Source: a virus. Taken from it: a stretch of 64,000 nucleotides of DNA. Positions 1 to 11,338 of this stretch are shown piece after piece (position 1 is the stretch's first letter; the number at the start of each line of letters is the position of its first letter). The position numbers and the translations under genes are program-made. The stretch covers positions 91,123 to 155,122 of IMG/VR virus record IMGVR_UViG_3300029858_000001; one strand, written 5' to 3'. The notes under the pieces were generated by a model that searched no databases, was not told the DNA's origin, and saw only the letters and a list, made by a program, of their open reading frames with translations.

Positions 1-944
1 TATATGAAGCTAAACCAAGACCCAATGGCACCTTTTACTTAAAAAAGAGATGGCCTATTCCGTACAAAGTAATCATTGTAGATGAAATATCAATGTTGCC
101 TAAAACAATGTGGGATTTACTTCTTTCACATCATAAATATGTAATTGCTTGCGGCGATCCATTTTAGCTTCCACCAGTAGATCCAAATGAAAATAATCAT
201 GTTTTGGATAAGCCACATATTTTTTTAGATGAAATCATGCGACAGGCCCAAGATAGTGAAATTATTAGATTATCTATGTGGGTACGAGAAGGCAAGCCTC
301 TGGGGCAATTTCCAGTTGCTAAAGAATAGGTTTAGATTTTAAGACCCTACGAATTAATTCCAGAAATGTACGATTGGGCAGATCAAACTTTATGTGCCTC
401 TAACAAAAGACGTATTGAAATTAATAATAAAGTTCGAGAGCGGCAAGGACGAGGAGCTACCCCAGAAATAGGAGATAAAATTATAGGATTAACTAATCAT
501 TGGGATTTTACATCTACTGATGGTTTATGGCCTTTAACTAATGGATGTATTGGAACTATTACTAATTATCAAATTGTTCCATACAATTATCCAAGTTTTA
601 TTTATAATAAACAACTTCAATATATGTTTACAGGAATGGATATACCTAATGGAAGATTTGAATCTATACCTATTGATTATGATGCTTTAATTACAGGTAC
701 TCCAGCCTTTGATAATAAACAAGCATTTAGAATGAATAGTTTTGCCAGAAATTCTGATGCATTAGAAGCTCCTTATTATTTTGCTTATGCTTATGCAATA
801 ACTGTTTGGAAAGCTCAAGGTAGTGAATGGGATAAAGTTTTATTGATTGAAGAAGCCCATCCTTTTGATACATTAGAACATTAGAAATATTTATATACTG
901 GTATTACAAGAGCCAGTGAAAAATTAGTAGTTATAAGGAAATAA
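1..944 (+). CDS. SF1 helicase, Pif1/Dda/RecD-like, 5' partial. In-frame TAG codons at 165, 327, 333 and 882 are read through; TAA stop at 942-944.
   Basis: Frame 3 reads IIVDEISMLP...ACGDPF(TAG)LPPVD, which is the helicase motif III GDxxQLPPV with TAG at the conserved Gln. The C-terminus has YTGITRA (motif VI). The track ORF 366..884 is an internal fragment. Confidence 0.8.
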
Positions 945-947
945 TAT

Positions 948-1547
948 ATGGATGTATTAAGCATAGATTTTGATATTATTATGGCCCCAAGTATTAATTT
1001 ATATAATAATATGGTTCCTGGGACTAATTGGGATGATTTATTAAAAAGTTTACCTAATCTTACAACAACTCCTGCTGATTTACATATTTATTCATCTATT
1101 TTAAGATACTTGTTAAAAGTAATTGATTAGGAATCTTCTATATATATTGCTTATGGGCATGATAAGATAAAAGAGTATTTACAATATGATAATGATTTAA
1201 ATATTACAAATATTGATCATCATCATGATATCTTTTATGATATTAAAGATAAGGATAAAAAATTGGAAGAATGTACTTGTGCTGATTGGGTTAAGTATTT
1301 TTATGATTAGGATAAATTAAAAGATTATACTTGGGTTCACAATGATAATTCTTGTGACCCTAACTTTGAAGTAAATTTTAAATATAATAAAATACCATTT
1401 AAGGAATTTAAATTTGCTAATTCTTATAATAAATATTTTATTTGTCTATCTCCAGAATGGGTTCCACCTTATTATCATAGTTTATTTTATACTCTTTTAG
1501 ATTGTTTAAATGAAAAAAATAATTATCATTTGGAGATTGTAGGATAA
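948..1547 (+). CDS. Hypothetical protein with two in-frame TAG codons (1128, 1308)
   Basis: ATG 948. The reading frame stays open through two TAG codons to TAA at 1545-1547. Composition is coding-like. Confidence 0.5.
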
Positions 1548-1738
1548 TGGAAATACAAAATTTACTTAATTAGTTAGGTCATGAGCTAGATAAACAACAA
1601 CAACAAAATCAAAACCAAATTAGTTATTTACGCAATGAAAATCAAAAATTGAAAAATAATTTATCAATTTATAAACAAAATTTAATTGAATTAGCCAGCT
1701 TTATAAATAAAATAGCTAATAACATAGATGATTTTTAA
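1547..1738 (+). CDS. Small Q/N-rich coiled-coil protein with one in-frame TAG
   Basis: ATG 1547 overlaps the upstream TAA. Sequence reads MEIQNLLN(TAG)LGHELDKQQQQNQNQ...; TAA at 1736-1738. Confidence 0.4.
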
Positions 1739-1807
1739 AATTGATTTTGATGAAATTTTATGATATAATATTTATAGAAAATAATAATAAATTAAGGAGG
1801 TAGGGAA

Positions 1808-4800
1808 TTGAATACTTATTTTGGTTGCCATAATCATACAATGTATTCGAACCTCCGTTTACTAGATTGTATAAATAAACCAGAAACTTTAATTGATAAA
1901 GCTATTGAATTAGGACTTTCGGGAATTGCTATCACAGATCACGAAAGTCTTTCTGCCCATATGACAGTAAATCAGTACGCTAAAAAAATCAAAGAAAAAT
2001 ATCCAAATTTTAAAATAGCATTAGGCAATGAAATTTATTTAACTAATGATAGAAGCACAGGACAAAAGTATTACCATTTTATTTTAATTGCTAAAGATGC
2101 TATAGGATATCGAGCATTAAAAGAATTAAGTTCAATTGCTTGGCAAAATTTATATGTTGATAGAAAAATGGAACGTGTTCCACTTTTAAAGAATGAATTA
2201 AAATCAGTAGTAGAGAAGTATAAGGGACATTTAATTGCTACTACTGCATGTATTGGTGGAGAATTAGGCACTTGTCTTTTAAAGGCTGTAGAATATAAAG
2301 AACAAGAGAATAATTACGAATTATATCAAATTTTAAAACAAATAGATACTTTTCTTACTTTCTGTCAAAATTTATTTGGTGAAGACTTCTATTTAGAGAT
2401 TGCTCCATCGACTGCGGCAGATCAAAAACTTGTAAACCATATGATTTATAAAATTGGTCGTAGTTATGGAATTAAGGTAGAAGTTGCCACCGATAGTCAT
2501 TATTTAACGAAAGAAGATAGACCAATTCATAAGGCTTATCTTAATTCAAAAGATGGAGAACGAGAAGTTGACAAGTTTTATGAATTTGCTCATTTAATGA
2601 CTTATGATGAAGTTTTTGATTTAATTACCCCTTGTTTTATATATTTAGATATTGAAGAGCAGCCAGAAAAAATAGCTAAAGAAATTTTAAATAATACTCT
2701 TGAAATTCAAAATAAAATTGAAGATTTTTCTCTTGAGAGAAAACAAATAATTCCAAAAGTAGAAGTATTAGATTATAAAAAAGGTTTTATTCCTTTAGAC
2801 TGGATTAATAAATATCCTATTATTTGTTCTTTAATTAATAGTGATAATATTCAAGAACGATATTGGATAAACGAATGTATTAAAGCCTTACAAGAAAAAA
2901 AACTTTATTATAGTGAAAATTATTTAGCTCGTCTTGAAATTGAAGCTGACATTATAAGAGATATTGGCGAAAAATTAGATGATTGCCTTTTTGCTTATTT
3001 CAATACTTTTAAACATTATATTGACTTGTTTTGGGATTGTGGTTCTATCGTAGGTCCTGGACGTGGTTCGGCCACAGGTTTCTTATCTAACTATTTATTG
3101 GGAATAACCCAATTGGATCCAATTCGATGGGGCCTACCATATTGGAGATTTTTAAATAAAGAGAGAGCCGAATTACCTGATATTGATATTGATTTGGCTC
3201 CTTCAAAACGTCCAGCGATTTTTGAAGCTATTCGCAAAGAACGTGGAGAGTTAGGTTTAATTCAGGTCGCTACATTTGGTACTGAAACTACTAAATCTGC
3301 TATCCTTACGGCTTGTAGAGGTTATAGGTCTGATAAATATCCAAATGGTATTGATGTAGATGAAGCTCAATATATGTCCTCTCTTATTCCACAAGAACGT
3401 GGATTTTTATGGGAAATTAATGATGTTATTTATGGTAATGAAGAAAAAGATAGAAAACCGGTTAAAACATTTATTAATAAAGTAAATGAATATCCAGGGC
3501 TTCTTGATATAATTATTTACATTGGTGGTATCGTTAATAAACGTTCTTCCCATGCTTCTGGTGTTATTCTTTATGGTGATGATCCATATGATACAGCAGC
3601 ATTTATGAGAACACCAAGTGGTAGTTTAATCACTTGTTGGGACTTACATCAGACCGAGGCAGCAGGTGATACGAAATATGATTTCCTTGTTACTGAAGCT
3701 TCTGATAAAATTATTACTTGTTATGAATTATTATTAAAGGCAAAAGAAATTCCTAACTTATCTTTGAGAGATTTCTATAATCAATATATTCATCCAGAAG
3801 TAATAGATACAACTGATCAAAAAATTTGGGATCATCTTGCAGCTGGAGATGTATTAGACTGTTTCCAGTTTTCTACTGGTGTAGGATTAGCTATTGCTAA
3901 AAAATTAAAACCACAAGACCCTATGGAAATGACTGCGGCTAATGCTATGATGCGTCTTATGTCTGAAAAAGGTAAAGAATCACAGCAAGATAGATTTTAT
4001 CGTATTCAACATCAAGGCATTCAAGCATTTGATAAAGAAATGAAACAACATCATTTGCCGCAAGAGCTTATTGATAAATTTCATAAGCATTGTGATAAAT
4101 ATTATGGTTGTTGTCCTTTGCAAGAGCAAATGATGGAAATCCTTATGGACATAGCCCATTTTACATTAGGTGAAGCCAATTCTGCCCGTAAAGTTGTCGC
4201 TAAAAAACAAATGGCTAAAATTCCTCAATTAAAAGAACAAGTATTTAGTCGTTTTGATAATAAAAATGATGCAGAATATTTTTGGGAAACAGCAGTAGCA
4301 CCGCAATTAGGATATGCATTTTCATTAAATCATAGTTTACCTTATAGTTTTGTAGCCATTCAAATGATTTATTTCGTTATTCATTATAATCCTATCTATT
4401 GGAATTGTGCTTGTTTGATTGTTAATAGTGGTTCTTTGGAAGATAATAGTGAAGAAGAGATCGTAGATATTTATGACCCTGAAGCAGATGATTTGGCTAA
4501 TGGAGTTACTTTTGAAGATTTGCCTGATAAAAAATCTAAAGTAAGAAAAACTAATTCTACTGACTATGGAAAGATTGCTAAAGCTATTGGAGACATTCGT
4601 AAAGCTGGTATTCAAGTAAGTCTTGCTGATATTAATAAATCAGAATTTAGTTTTATTCCTGATATTGAGAATAACCAGATTCTATTTGGCTTAAAAGGTA
4701 TGCTAAATGTTGGTGATGATGTAGTTAAAACTATTATTGAAAATAGACCTTATAAATCCCCCAGAGATTTTTTAAATAAGGTTAATCCTAATAAACAAGC

Positions 4801-5788
4801 AATGATTTCACTTATTAAAGGTGGAGCATTTGATCATATGATGGATAGAAAACTTTGTATGGTCTGGTATATTTGGGAAACTTGCGATAAAAAGAAAAAT
4901 CTTAATCTTCAAAATTTAGCTACTTTAATGAAATTCAATCTTCTTCCTGCGGACACTCTTGAACGGCAGCAAGCTTTACACATTTATGAATTTACTCGTT
5001 ATTTAAAACAAATTTGTAAATATGATAAAGTTTATTATAAATTGGATGATAGAGCTATTGATTTTTTACAAAAAATTGATAAAGATAGTTTAATTCAAAA
5101 TAAAGATTCTAATTTTTATTTAAATATTAAAGATTGGAATGATAAAGTTTATCAAGGCTGGATGGATATTTATCGTAAACAAATTGCTGATAATAAAGAA
5201 GAAATTTTAAATAAATTAAATGAAATTATATTTAAAGACGATTGGAAAAAATATTGTCCTAAAGTAAATTATTCAGCTTGGGAAATGGAAGTATTATGCT
5301 TCTATTATCATGAACATGAATTGGCTCAAGTAAATCAAAGCAAATATGGATTTGCTGATTTTTATAGTTTACCTGAAGATCCAGTAGTAGAAAGAAGTTT
5401 TGTTAAAGCTGGAAAAACAATAAATATTTATTATTTATCTAAATTATGCGGCACTTGTATTGCTAAGAATAAAAATAAAAGTATTGTAACAATTCTTACT
5501 CCAACAGGAGTAGTAAATGTAAAATTTAGAAAAGAATATTTTACATTATTCGATAAACAAATTTCTCAAAAACAACCTGATGGAACTAAAAAAATTATTG
5601 AAAAATCTTGGTTTAATCGCGGTAATATGATTGTGGTTCAGGGCATTCGTTCAGGTGATGATTTCATTGCTAAAAAATATGCCTCAACTGCGGGTCATCA
5701 ACTTTATCATATTGATACTATTCAATCAAATGGGGATTTAATTTTAAGAAGTGAACGATATCAAGGAGTAGCAGAAGATGAAGAATAA
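1808..5788 (+). CDS. dnaE: DNA polymerase III alpha subunit, DnaE-type, with N-terminal PHP domain. No TAG in 1326 codons.
   Basis: PHP motifs HNHTMYS and ITDHES. Polymerase core GPGRGSATGFLSNYLLGIT. TTG start 7 nt after AAGGAGG; TAA is in frame just upstream. Confidence 0.9.
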   Translation: MNTYFGCHNHTMYSNLRLLDCINKPETLIDKAIELGLSGIAITDHESLSAHMTVNQYAKKIKEKYPNFKIALGNEIYLTNDRSTGQKYYHFILIAKDAIGYRALKELSSIAWQNLYVDRKMERVPLLKNELKSVVEKYKGHLIATTACIGGELGTCLLKAVEYKEQENNYELYQILKQIDTFLTFCQNLFGEDFYLEIAPSTAADQKLVNHMIYKIGRSYGIKVEVATDSHYLTKEDRPIHKAYLNSKDGEREVDKFYEFAHLMTYDEVFDLITPCFIYLDIEEQPEKIAKEILNNTLEIQNKIEDFSLERKQIIPKVEVLDYKKGFIPLDWINKYPIICSLINSDNIQERYWINECIKALQEKKLYYSENYLARLEIEADIIRDIGEKLDDCLFAYFNTFKHYIDLFWDCGSIVGPGRGSATGFLSNYLLGITQLDPIRWGLPYWRFLNKERAELPDIDIDLAPSKRPAIFEAIRKERGELGLIQVATFGTETTKSAILTACRGYRSDKYPNGIDVDEAQYMSSLIPQERGFLWEINDVIYGNEEKDRKPVKTFINKVNEYPGLLDIIIYIGGIVNKRSSHASGVILYGDDPYDTAAFMRTPSGSLITCWDLHQTEAAGDTKYDFLVTEASDKIITCYELLLKAKEIPNLSLRDFYNQYIHPEVIDTTDQKIWDHLAAGDVLDCFQFSTGVGLAIAKKLKPQDPMEMTAANAMMRLMSEKGKESQQDRFYRIQHQGIQAFDKEMKQHHLPQELIDKFHKHCDKYYGCCPLQEQMMEILMDIAHFTLGEANSARKVVAKKQMAKIPQLKEQVFSRFDNKNDAEYFWETAVAPQLGYAFSLNHSLPYSFVAIQMIYFVIHYNPIYWNCACLIVNSGSLEDNSEEEIVDIYDPEADDLANGVTFEDLPDKKSKVRKTNSTDYGKIAKAIGDIRKAGIQVSLADINKSEFSFIPDIENNQILFGLKGMLNVGDDVVKTIIENRPYKSPRDFLNKVNPNKQAMISLIKGGAFDHMMDRKLCMVWYIWETCDKKKNLNLQNLATLMKFNLLPADTLERQQALHIYEFTRYLKQICKYDKVYYKLDDRAIDFLQKIDKDSLIQNKDSNFYLNIKDWNDKVYQGWMDIYRKQIADNKEEILNKLNEIIFKDDWKKYCPKVNYSAWEMEVLCFYYHEHELAQVNQSKYGFADFYSLPEDPVVERSFVKAGKTINIYYLSKLCGTCIAKNKNKSIVTILTPTGVVNVKFRKEYFTLFDKQISQKQPDGTKKIIEKSWFNRGNMIVVQGIRSGDDFIAKKYASTAGHQLYHIDTIQSNGDLILRSERYQGVAEDEE

Positions 5789-6040
5789 AATTGATTATGA
5801 TGAATTATAGGATTTATTAAAAACCCATCAATATATTGAAATTAGAGGAACAATTTTAATTAAATTTGAATAGACTCCTTATCTTAGAGTAATTACAAGA
5901 GACTTAAATGGAAATGATTATTGGATGGTATATACTTCAGATATCTTATGCCTTTTAACATAGTTTTTAGGATCGTGTTCTTATAATTGTTGTAATGGTA
6001 AATATTGTTTTTAGTCTTTTAATAGAAGGAATAATAAATG
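5778..6040 (+). CDS. Small hypothetical protein with four in-frame TAG codons
   Basis: ATG 5778, 8 nt after AAGGAG, overlapping the dnaE end. The frame is open through the TAGs to TGA, which overlaps the ATG of the next gene. Weak. Confidence 0.3.
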
Positions 6041-6607
6041 AATAATAAAAAATATCAATTAGTCGCACTCATAGGTAAAGCCGGTTCAGGCAAAGATACT
6101 ATTTTAAAAGATGTAGTAAAAGCTTATGAATTACCTATGAATATTGTTGTTTCTTATACAACTCGTCCAATGCGTGAAGGAGAGACAGAAGGAAAAGAAT
6201 ATCATTTTATATCTGAAGAAGATTTTAAGCAAATGATAAATAATAATCAAATGCTTGAATATGTTCAATTTAATAATTGGTGGTATGGAACTGGTATTAA
6301 ATGTTTAGCTGATGATAAAATTAATATAGGTATTTTTAATCCTTCTGGGATTAGATCATTAATCAATTTTTCAGAAATTGATTTACGAATATATTATATT
6401 CATGCTTCTGATAAACAACGTTTCCTTCGTCAACTAAATAGAGAAGAATACCCTGATGTCAAAGAAATTATTAGACGTTATTCTGCTGATGAAGAAGATT
6501 TTAAAAATATAAATTTTGATAATATGCAAATTTTATTTAATGAAACGGAAAGAGATAGATTAAAATGCTGTGATATAATTACAGATTATGATTGGTTTTG
6601 GTACTAA
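6038..6607 (+). CDS. Guanylate kinase-like dNMP kinase
   Basis: P-loop GKAGSGKDT and guanylate kinase signature YTTRPMREGETEGKEYHF. No TAG. Confidence 0.75.
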   Translation: MNNKKYQLVALIGKAGSGKDTILKDVVKAYELPMNIVVSYTTRPMREGETEGKEYHFISEEDFKQMINNNQMLEYVQFNNWWYGTGIKCLADDKINIGIFNPSGIRSLINFSEIDLRIYYIHASDKQRFLRQLNREEYPDVKEIIRRYSADEEDFKNINFDNMQILFNETERDRLKCCDIITDYDWFWY

Positions 6608-6643
6608 ATCTTAAGCCAAAATAGATAATTAACTAATAACAAA

Positions 6644-6687
6644 CACTAAATATAGTATAAGTTTAAAAATTCATACTATATTTAGTG
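6644..6687 (+). promoter_or_regulatory. Perfect 15-bp inverted repeat (cactaaatatagtat / atactatatttagtg) between gmk and nrdD. Operator or transcript-processing hairpin.
   Basis: Seen directly. The stem is followed by the nrdD RBS rather than a T-run, so it is unlikely to be a simple terminator. Confidence 0.4.
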
Positions 6688-6699
6688 CGGAGGTTAAAA

Positions 6700-7986
6700 A
6701 TGTATATAATTAAACGTGATGGTACAGTTGTATTATTTGATAAAAATAAAATAATTAATGCTATTAACAAAGCATTTATAGAAGTCGATGGATAGTTATA
6801 TGAAAATGATACAGCTACTGATATTGCTAATGATATTGAATCTTGGATAAATAAATGTCCAGATGGTAGTATTGAAGTAGAAGATATCCAAGATATAATT
6901 GAAGATTATCTAATGCAGTCAGAACGACGTGACGTTGCTCGGGCCTATATTAGATATAGATATAAAAAAGAAGTAGCTCGATAGAAAAAAGATGATTTTA
7001 TTCAAGCTATTAGAAAAAAATTAGATGGTAAAGATATTAAAAATCAAAATGCTAATGTAGATGAAGCATCATTCGGTGGCCGTATTGGTGAAGCCAGTAG
7101 TGTGGTAACTAAACAGTTAGCTTTAGATTATATTGTATCTCCCATGACTCGTAAAAATCATTTAGAAAATATAATTTATACTCATGATCTTGATGCTTAT
7201 TATGTTGGTTCTCATAATTGTTTAAGTATTCCTTTTGATGATTTACTTGCTAATGGATTTAATACACGCCAAACAGATGTACGTCCAGCAGGTTCAGTGA
7301 ATACAGCTTTTCAATTAGTGGCTGTTATTTTCCAAATTCAAAGTCTTTCTCAATTTGGTGGCGTTAGTGCGACCCATCTTGATTGGACTATGGTTCCTTA
7401 TGTCCGTAAATCTTTTTATAAGCATTATCGTGATGGTATGAAATACTTATGCAATTGTAATTGGAATTTAGATAACTATTTAGAAGATAGTGATACCTAT
7501 AAAAAAATCATAGATATTCCGATTAATGATTATTCAGCTTATCTAAATGAAGCAGATGATGCTGGAGATTTTGATAAAGTATATCAATACGCTAGGGATA
7601 TGACTTTAAGAGAAGTCCATCAAGCAGTAGAAGGTATGTATCATAACCTTAATACTTTACAATCTCGTTCAGGTAATTAGTTACCATTTACTTCTATTAA
7701 TTATGGTACTTGCACTCTTCCAGAAGGAAGAATGATTATTAAAGCTCTTTTGGATGTATCTATCGAAGGTATTGGTAAATTACATAAAACATCTATTTTC
7801 CCTTGCGGAATTTTTCAGTGCATGAAAGGTGTTAATCGTGAAGAAGGAGACCCAAATTACGATTTATTTAAACTCGCATTACGTTCAACCGCCACAAGAT
7901 TGTACCCAAATTATGCTAATGTCGATTGGTCTGGAAACGCAGGGTATGACATTAATGATCCTCGTACCTACTTTTCTACAATGGGT
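6700..7986 (+). CDS. nrdD: Anaerobic ribonucleotide reductase NrdD, exon 1 (ATP-cone plus catalytic N-terminal part). In-frame TAGs at 6793, 6979 and 7678.
   Basis: ATP-cone N-terminus MYIIKRDGTVVLFDKNKIINAINKAF. The frame ends at ...FSTMG; the conserved MGCR continues only when joined to exon 2. The last exon nucleotide is T, as expected for a group I 5' splice site. Confidence 0.8.
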
Positions 7987-8836
7987 AAGCGAAAACTCAG
8001 CCCATTTAAAATCTTTTGAACCGCGCCAGCGGGTGTCTCTATAAAGAGGCTAACGGTTAGGTCTTAATATAATTGGCTGTAATATTAAGATGAGACCGTG
8101 CTAAAATTCATTATAATATTCATATAAAGGAGGTGTCCTTAATGTGGATATATAAAATAACAAATATTCAAAATAATAAAGTATATATTGGTTAGTCTAT
8201 TAGACCAATTAATCAAAGATTTCAAAGACATATAAATGATGCTCTTAACAATATTCTTGATACTCATTTTGCCAGAGCAATAAGAAAATATGGTAAAGAA
8301 AATTTTATTATAGAAGAAATTGATATAGCAAATACGCAAGAAGAATTAAATGAAAAAGAGTAGTATTGGATTAAATATTATAATTCAGTAATAGATGGTT
8401 ATAATGAAACAGACGCTATTTCTAAATGCGGTGGAAATACTTATCAATCTAAAACTGACAAAGAAATAGAAGCTATTAAAGATAAAATTCGACAAACTAA
8501 AGTAGGAAGTAAAAATCCTATGGCTAAAAAAATAAAAAGAATAAATATTTTTACTAATGAAATAGATATTTTTGATACAATTATTAGTTGTGCTAAAGCT
8601 TGTGGAATTCAAAGTGGTAAAACTTCTATTACAAATAGATTAAATGGAAAAATTAAAAGTCCATTTAAAAATACTTGGAAATTTGAATATTATGATGAAT
8701 AAAGTGTATCGACTATCCCTGATGAATGTAAGGGAGTAGGCTTGGAGATAGGCACCAGGCCGAAGCGGAAGACAACTCTATCTTATAGATAGAATGATAA
8801 TATAGTCAGTACCAATGGTGACATTGGATAATTACG
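7987..8836 (+). mobile_element. Group I self-splicing intron in nrdD, carrying a GIY-YIG homing endonuclease ORF
   Basis: About 850 nt interrupt NrdD between ...STMG and CRTANGYDINGFGQLKDGRGN. GC-rich paired elements flank an internal ORF. An S-like element aatatagtca lies near 8796. The intron ends in G immediately before exon 2. Confidence 0.6.
8142..8702 (+). CDS. GIY-YIG homing endonuclease (intron-encoded) with two in-frame TAG codons
   Basis: MWIYKITNIQNNKVYIG(TAG)SIRPINQRFQRH is the GIY-YIG motif. The C-terminal half looks like a DNA-binding domain. RBS AAAGGAGG upstream. TAG at 8193 and 8361. Confidence 0.8.
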
Positions 8837-9835
8837 TGTAGAACAGCCAATGGATATGATATTAATGGTTTTGGTCAATTAAAAGATGGTAGAGGAAATA
8901 TTTGTCCTGTGACTATTATCCTTCCAACTATTGCTATGAATTGTAAAATTAATTTTGAAAAAGATGTAAAAGATCACCATTCTTTTGATGATAATTCTAT
9001 TTTAATTGATAGATTCCTTTATAATCTGGATCAAAAAATTAATGAAGCAAGAATCCAATTAATGGAACGTTTTGAATGGATTTGCTCACAAGATCCAAAA
9101 TCTGCAAAGTTTATGTATGAAAATAATCTAATGGCAGGATATATTCCAGAAGAAGGAATTAGAAGTGCCCTTAAGCATGGTACATTAGCTATGGGATAGA
9201 TTGGTTTGGCTGAAACTCTTCAAATCCTTATTGGCAAAGATCATACTACTAAAGAAGGTATGGAATTAGCTAAAAAGATTGAGGGATTATTTAAACAACG
9301 TTGTGCAGAATTTAAAGAACAATTTAAACTGAATTTTGGAGTTTATTATTCTCCTGCTGAAAATTTATGTTATACATCAATGCAGAAGTTTAAAGAGAAG
9401 TATGGCATTATTCCTAATGTGTCTGATAAAGAATTCTTTACTAATTCTATGCACGTTCCAGTTTGGAAGAAAATGTCTCCTTTTGATAAAATTGATATTG
9501 AAAGTCAATTAACAGGCTATTCTTCTGCTGGATGCATTACTTATGTAGAATTAGACTCTACTGTAAAACATAATATTGATGCTCTTGAACAAATTGTTAA
9601 TTATGCTATGGATAAGGATATTCCTTATTTTGCAGTAAATGTACCTAATGATACTTGCCTTGACTGTGGATATTGTGATGAATTTAATGATAAGTGCCCT
9701 GAATGCGGTAGCACTAATATTCAATAGTTACGTCGTGTAACCGGTTATTTAACTGGAAATTATAAAACTGCTTTTAATTATGGTAAACAGAAAGAAGTAG
9801 AAGCACGAGTAAAGCATACGGGGTAGATGGAATGA
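8837..9835 (+). CDS. nrdD: NrdD exon 2, containing the glycyl-radical C-terminus. TAG at 9197 and 9725; TGA stop.
   Basis: CRTANGYDINGFGQLKDGRGNICPVTIILPTIA aligns to E. coli NrdD MGCRSF...DGRGNLGVVSLNLPRIA. C-terminus reads CPECGSTNIQ(TAG)LRRVTGYL...NYGKQKEVEARVKH. Confidence 0.8.
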
Positions 9836-10179
9836 TACGTTCAATTTATGACTTAGCTAACTATTTTAATTAGGGAGAAGGAAAAAAATATCCTTGTTCT
9901 AATTAGATAGTGTGCTGTGCTTATATAACCAATAATTCACAAGAAGTTTATGATTATCTGAATAAAAATAATATCTCACCAATCAAAGTATCAAAAACTT
10001 GTATAGAATGGCAAGAAGATAATGAACAATGGATATGGATTCCAATAACCTATAACGTTAGAGGGTATAGATTTAATAAGGTAAAAATATCTAAAGATTA
10101 TGATGATAAAGAAATATTAGAACAAGTAATTATTCCTTGTTGTGATTTATATTGTTGCTCTTGGGAGGTTATGGAATGA
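9832..10179 (+). CDS. Cys-rich hypothetical protein, two TAG codons
   Basis: ATG 9832 overlaps the nrdD TGA (ATGA). The frame is open through TAGs at 9871 and 9904 and continues into the track ORF 9910..10179. Confidence 0.5.
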
Positions 10180-10853
10180 ATTATTCTAAAAGACCTTTAA
10201 AAAAGCATTATAAAATAAAAGATAAATTAGAAAAAGCTACTGAAGTATTAGATAAAAAAATTGACTTGGAATTAGAAGCAATTATAAAAATAATATTTTC
10301 TTGGATAGCTAATGATGAAAAAATTAATACAAAAGAGCATCGAGATACTCTAATAAATTTATTTTATAAGGCATTAGAAAATCTTTATTCTGAAATTAAT
10401 ATATAGTTAGGGAAGATTTATAAAACAGTAGCTCCTTTTAATTTAAAAGATATAACAGACTTAACTTTTCAAGAAGATGGAAAAACATTAGATGAACGAA
10501 TTACTAAATATTTAGATGATTTAGAAGAAAAAAGATTATCTGGCGATTTTCCAGATAATTTAAAAAACTTCGGTGCAAATATGTATTCTCGTCTATTAAA
10601 TAATGAAGGTAAATATTTATTTACTCATTTAATGGAAATGAAAATAAAACCTGTAGCTTCAATACTTGTAATTGAAACAGGAACTTGCGATGATCTATGC
10701 GGTGAATGGGCTGGAGAATACCCCGTAGGAGAAGACGTTCCTCTGCCTCCTTACCATACTAATTGTTAGTGTTCTGCTTATTATATTGAAACTGATGATG
10801 AAGATGATGTTAATGATTTAGATTTAGAAGTGGAGGAAATAAAGGATATATGA
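10176..10853 (+). CDS. Protein with a Mu gpF / SPP1 gp7-like C-terminal motif, two TAG codons
   Basis: CDDLCGEWAGEY...LPPYHTNC(TAG)CS resembles the Phage_Mu_F D-x-x-C...PP-H-x-N-C-R-C motif. ATGA overlaps on both sides. Confidence 0.45.
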
Positions 10854-11338
10854 AATATGCAGGAATTATAAAAAATGATATTGCCGCAGCTCCGGGAGTA
10901 TGTGTCTCTTTTTTCACCCAAGGTTGCCCACACCATTGTTTTGGATGCCATAATCCTGAAACTTGGGATTTTGAAAAAGGTAAAGAATTCACCAATGAGA
11001 CTTTTGGAGAAATATTTCAAGCACTTCAAGCCAATGGTATTCATAGAGATTTCTGCATAATGGGAGGCGAACCATTATGTGAACAAAATCAATTACTTAC
11101 TCTACTTCTTATTAATACAATTAAAGAAAAGCTTCCTGATACTAAAATTTATGTTTGGACTGGATATTATTATGATGATTTAATTAAGCAAACTACTAAT
11201 GGTAAACTTCAAGAAATTCTTAAAAAAGCTGATGTATTAATTGATGGTCCATATATTCAGTCTCAAAGAGATATTACCCTATCAATGAGAGGTAGTAAAA
11301 ATCAAAATATCATAAATTTAAAGGAGATTAATAAATGA
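10850..11338 (+). CDS. nrdG: Anaerobic RNR activating enzyme NrdG (radical SAM)
   Basis: GCPHHCFGCHN cluster with a glycine-rich SAM site. It lies immediately after nrdD and is translationally coupled (ATGA). No TAG. Confidence 0.85.
   Translation: MKYAGIIKNDIAAAPGVCVSFFTQGCPHHCFGCHNPETWDFEKGKEFTNETFGEIFQALQANGIHRDFCIMGGEPLCEQNQLLTLLLINTIKEKLPDTKIYVWTGYYYDDLIKQTTNGKLQEILKKADVLIDGPYIQSQRDITLSMRGSKNQNIINLKEINK

Noticed and set aside
8139-8612. Track ORFs 8139..8339 and 8385..8612 on the minus strand
   Set aside because: They are antisense to the well-supported GIY-YIG gene and have junk composition.
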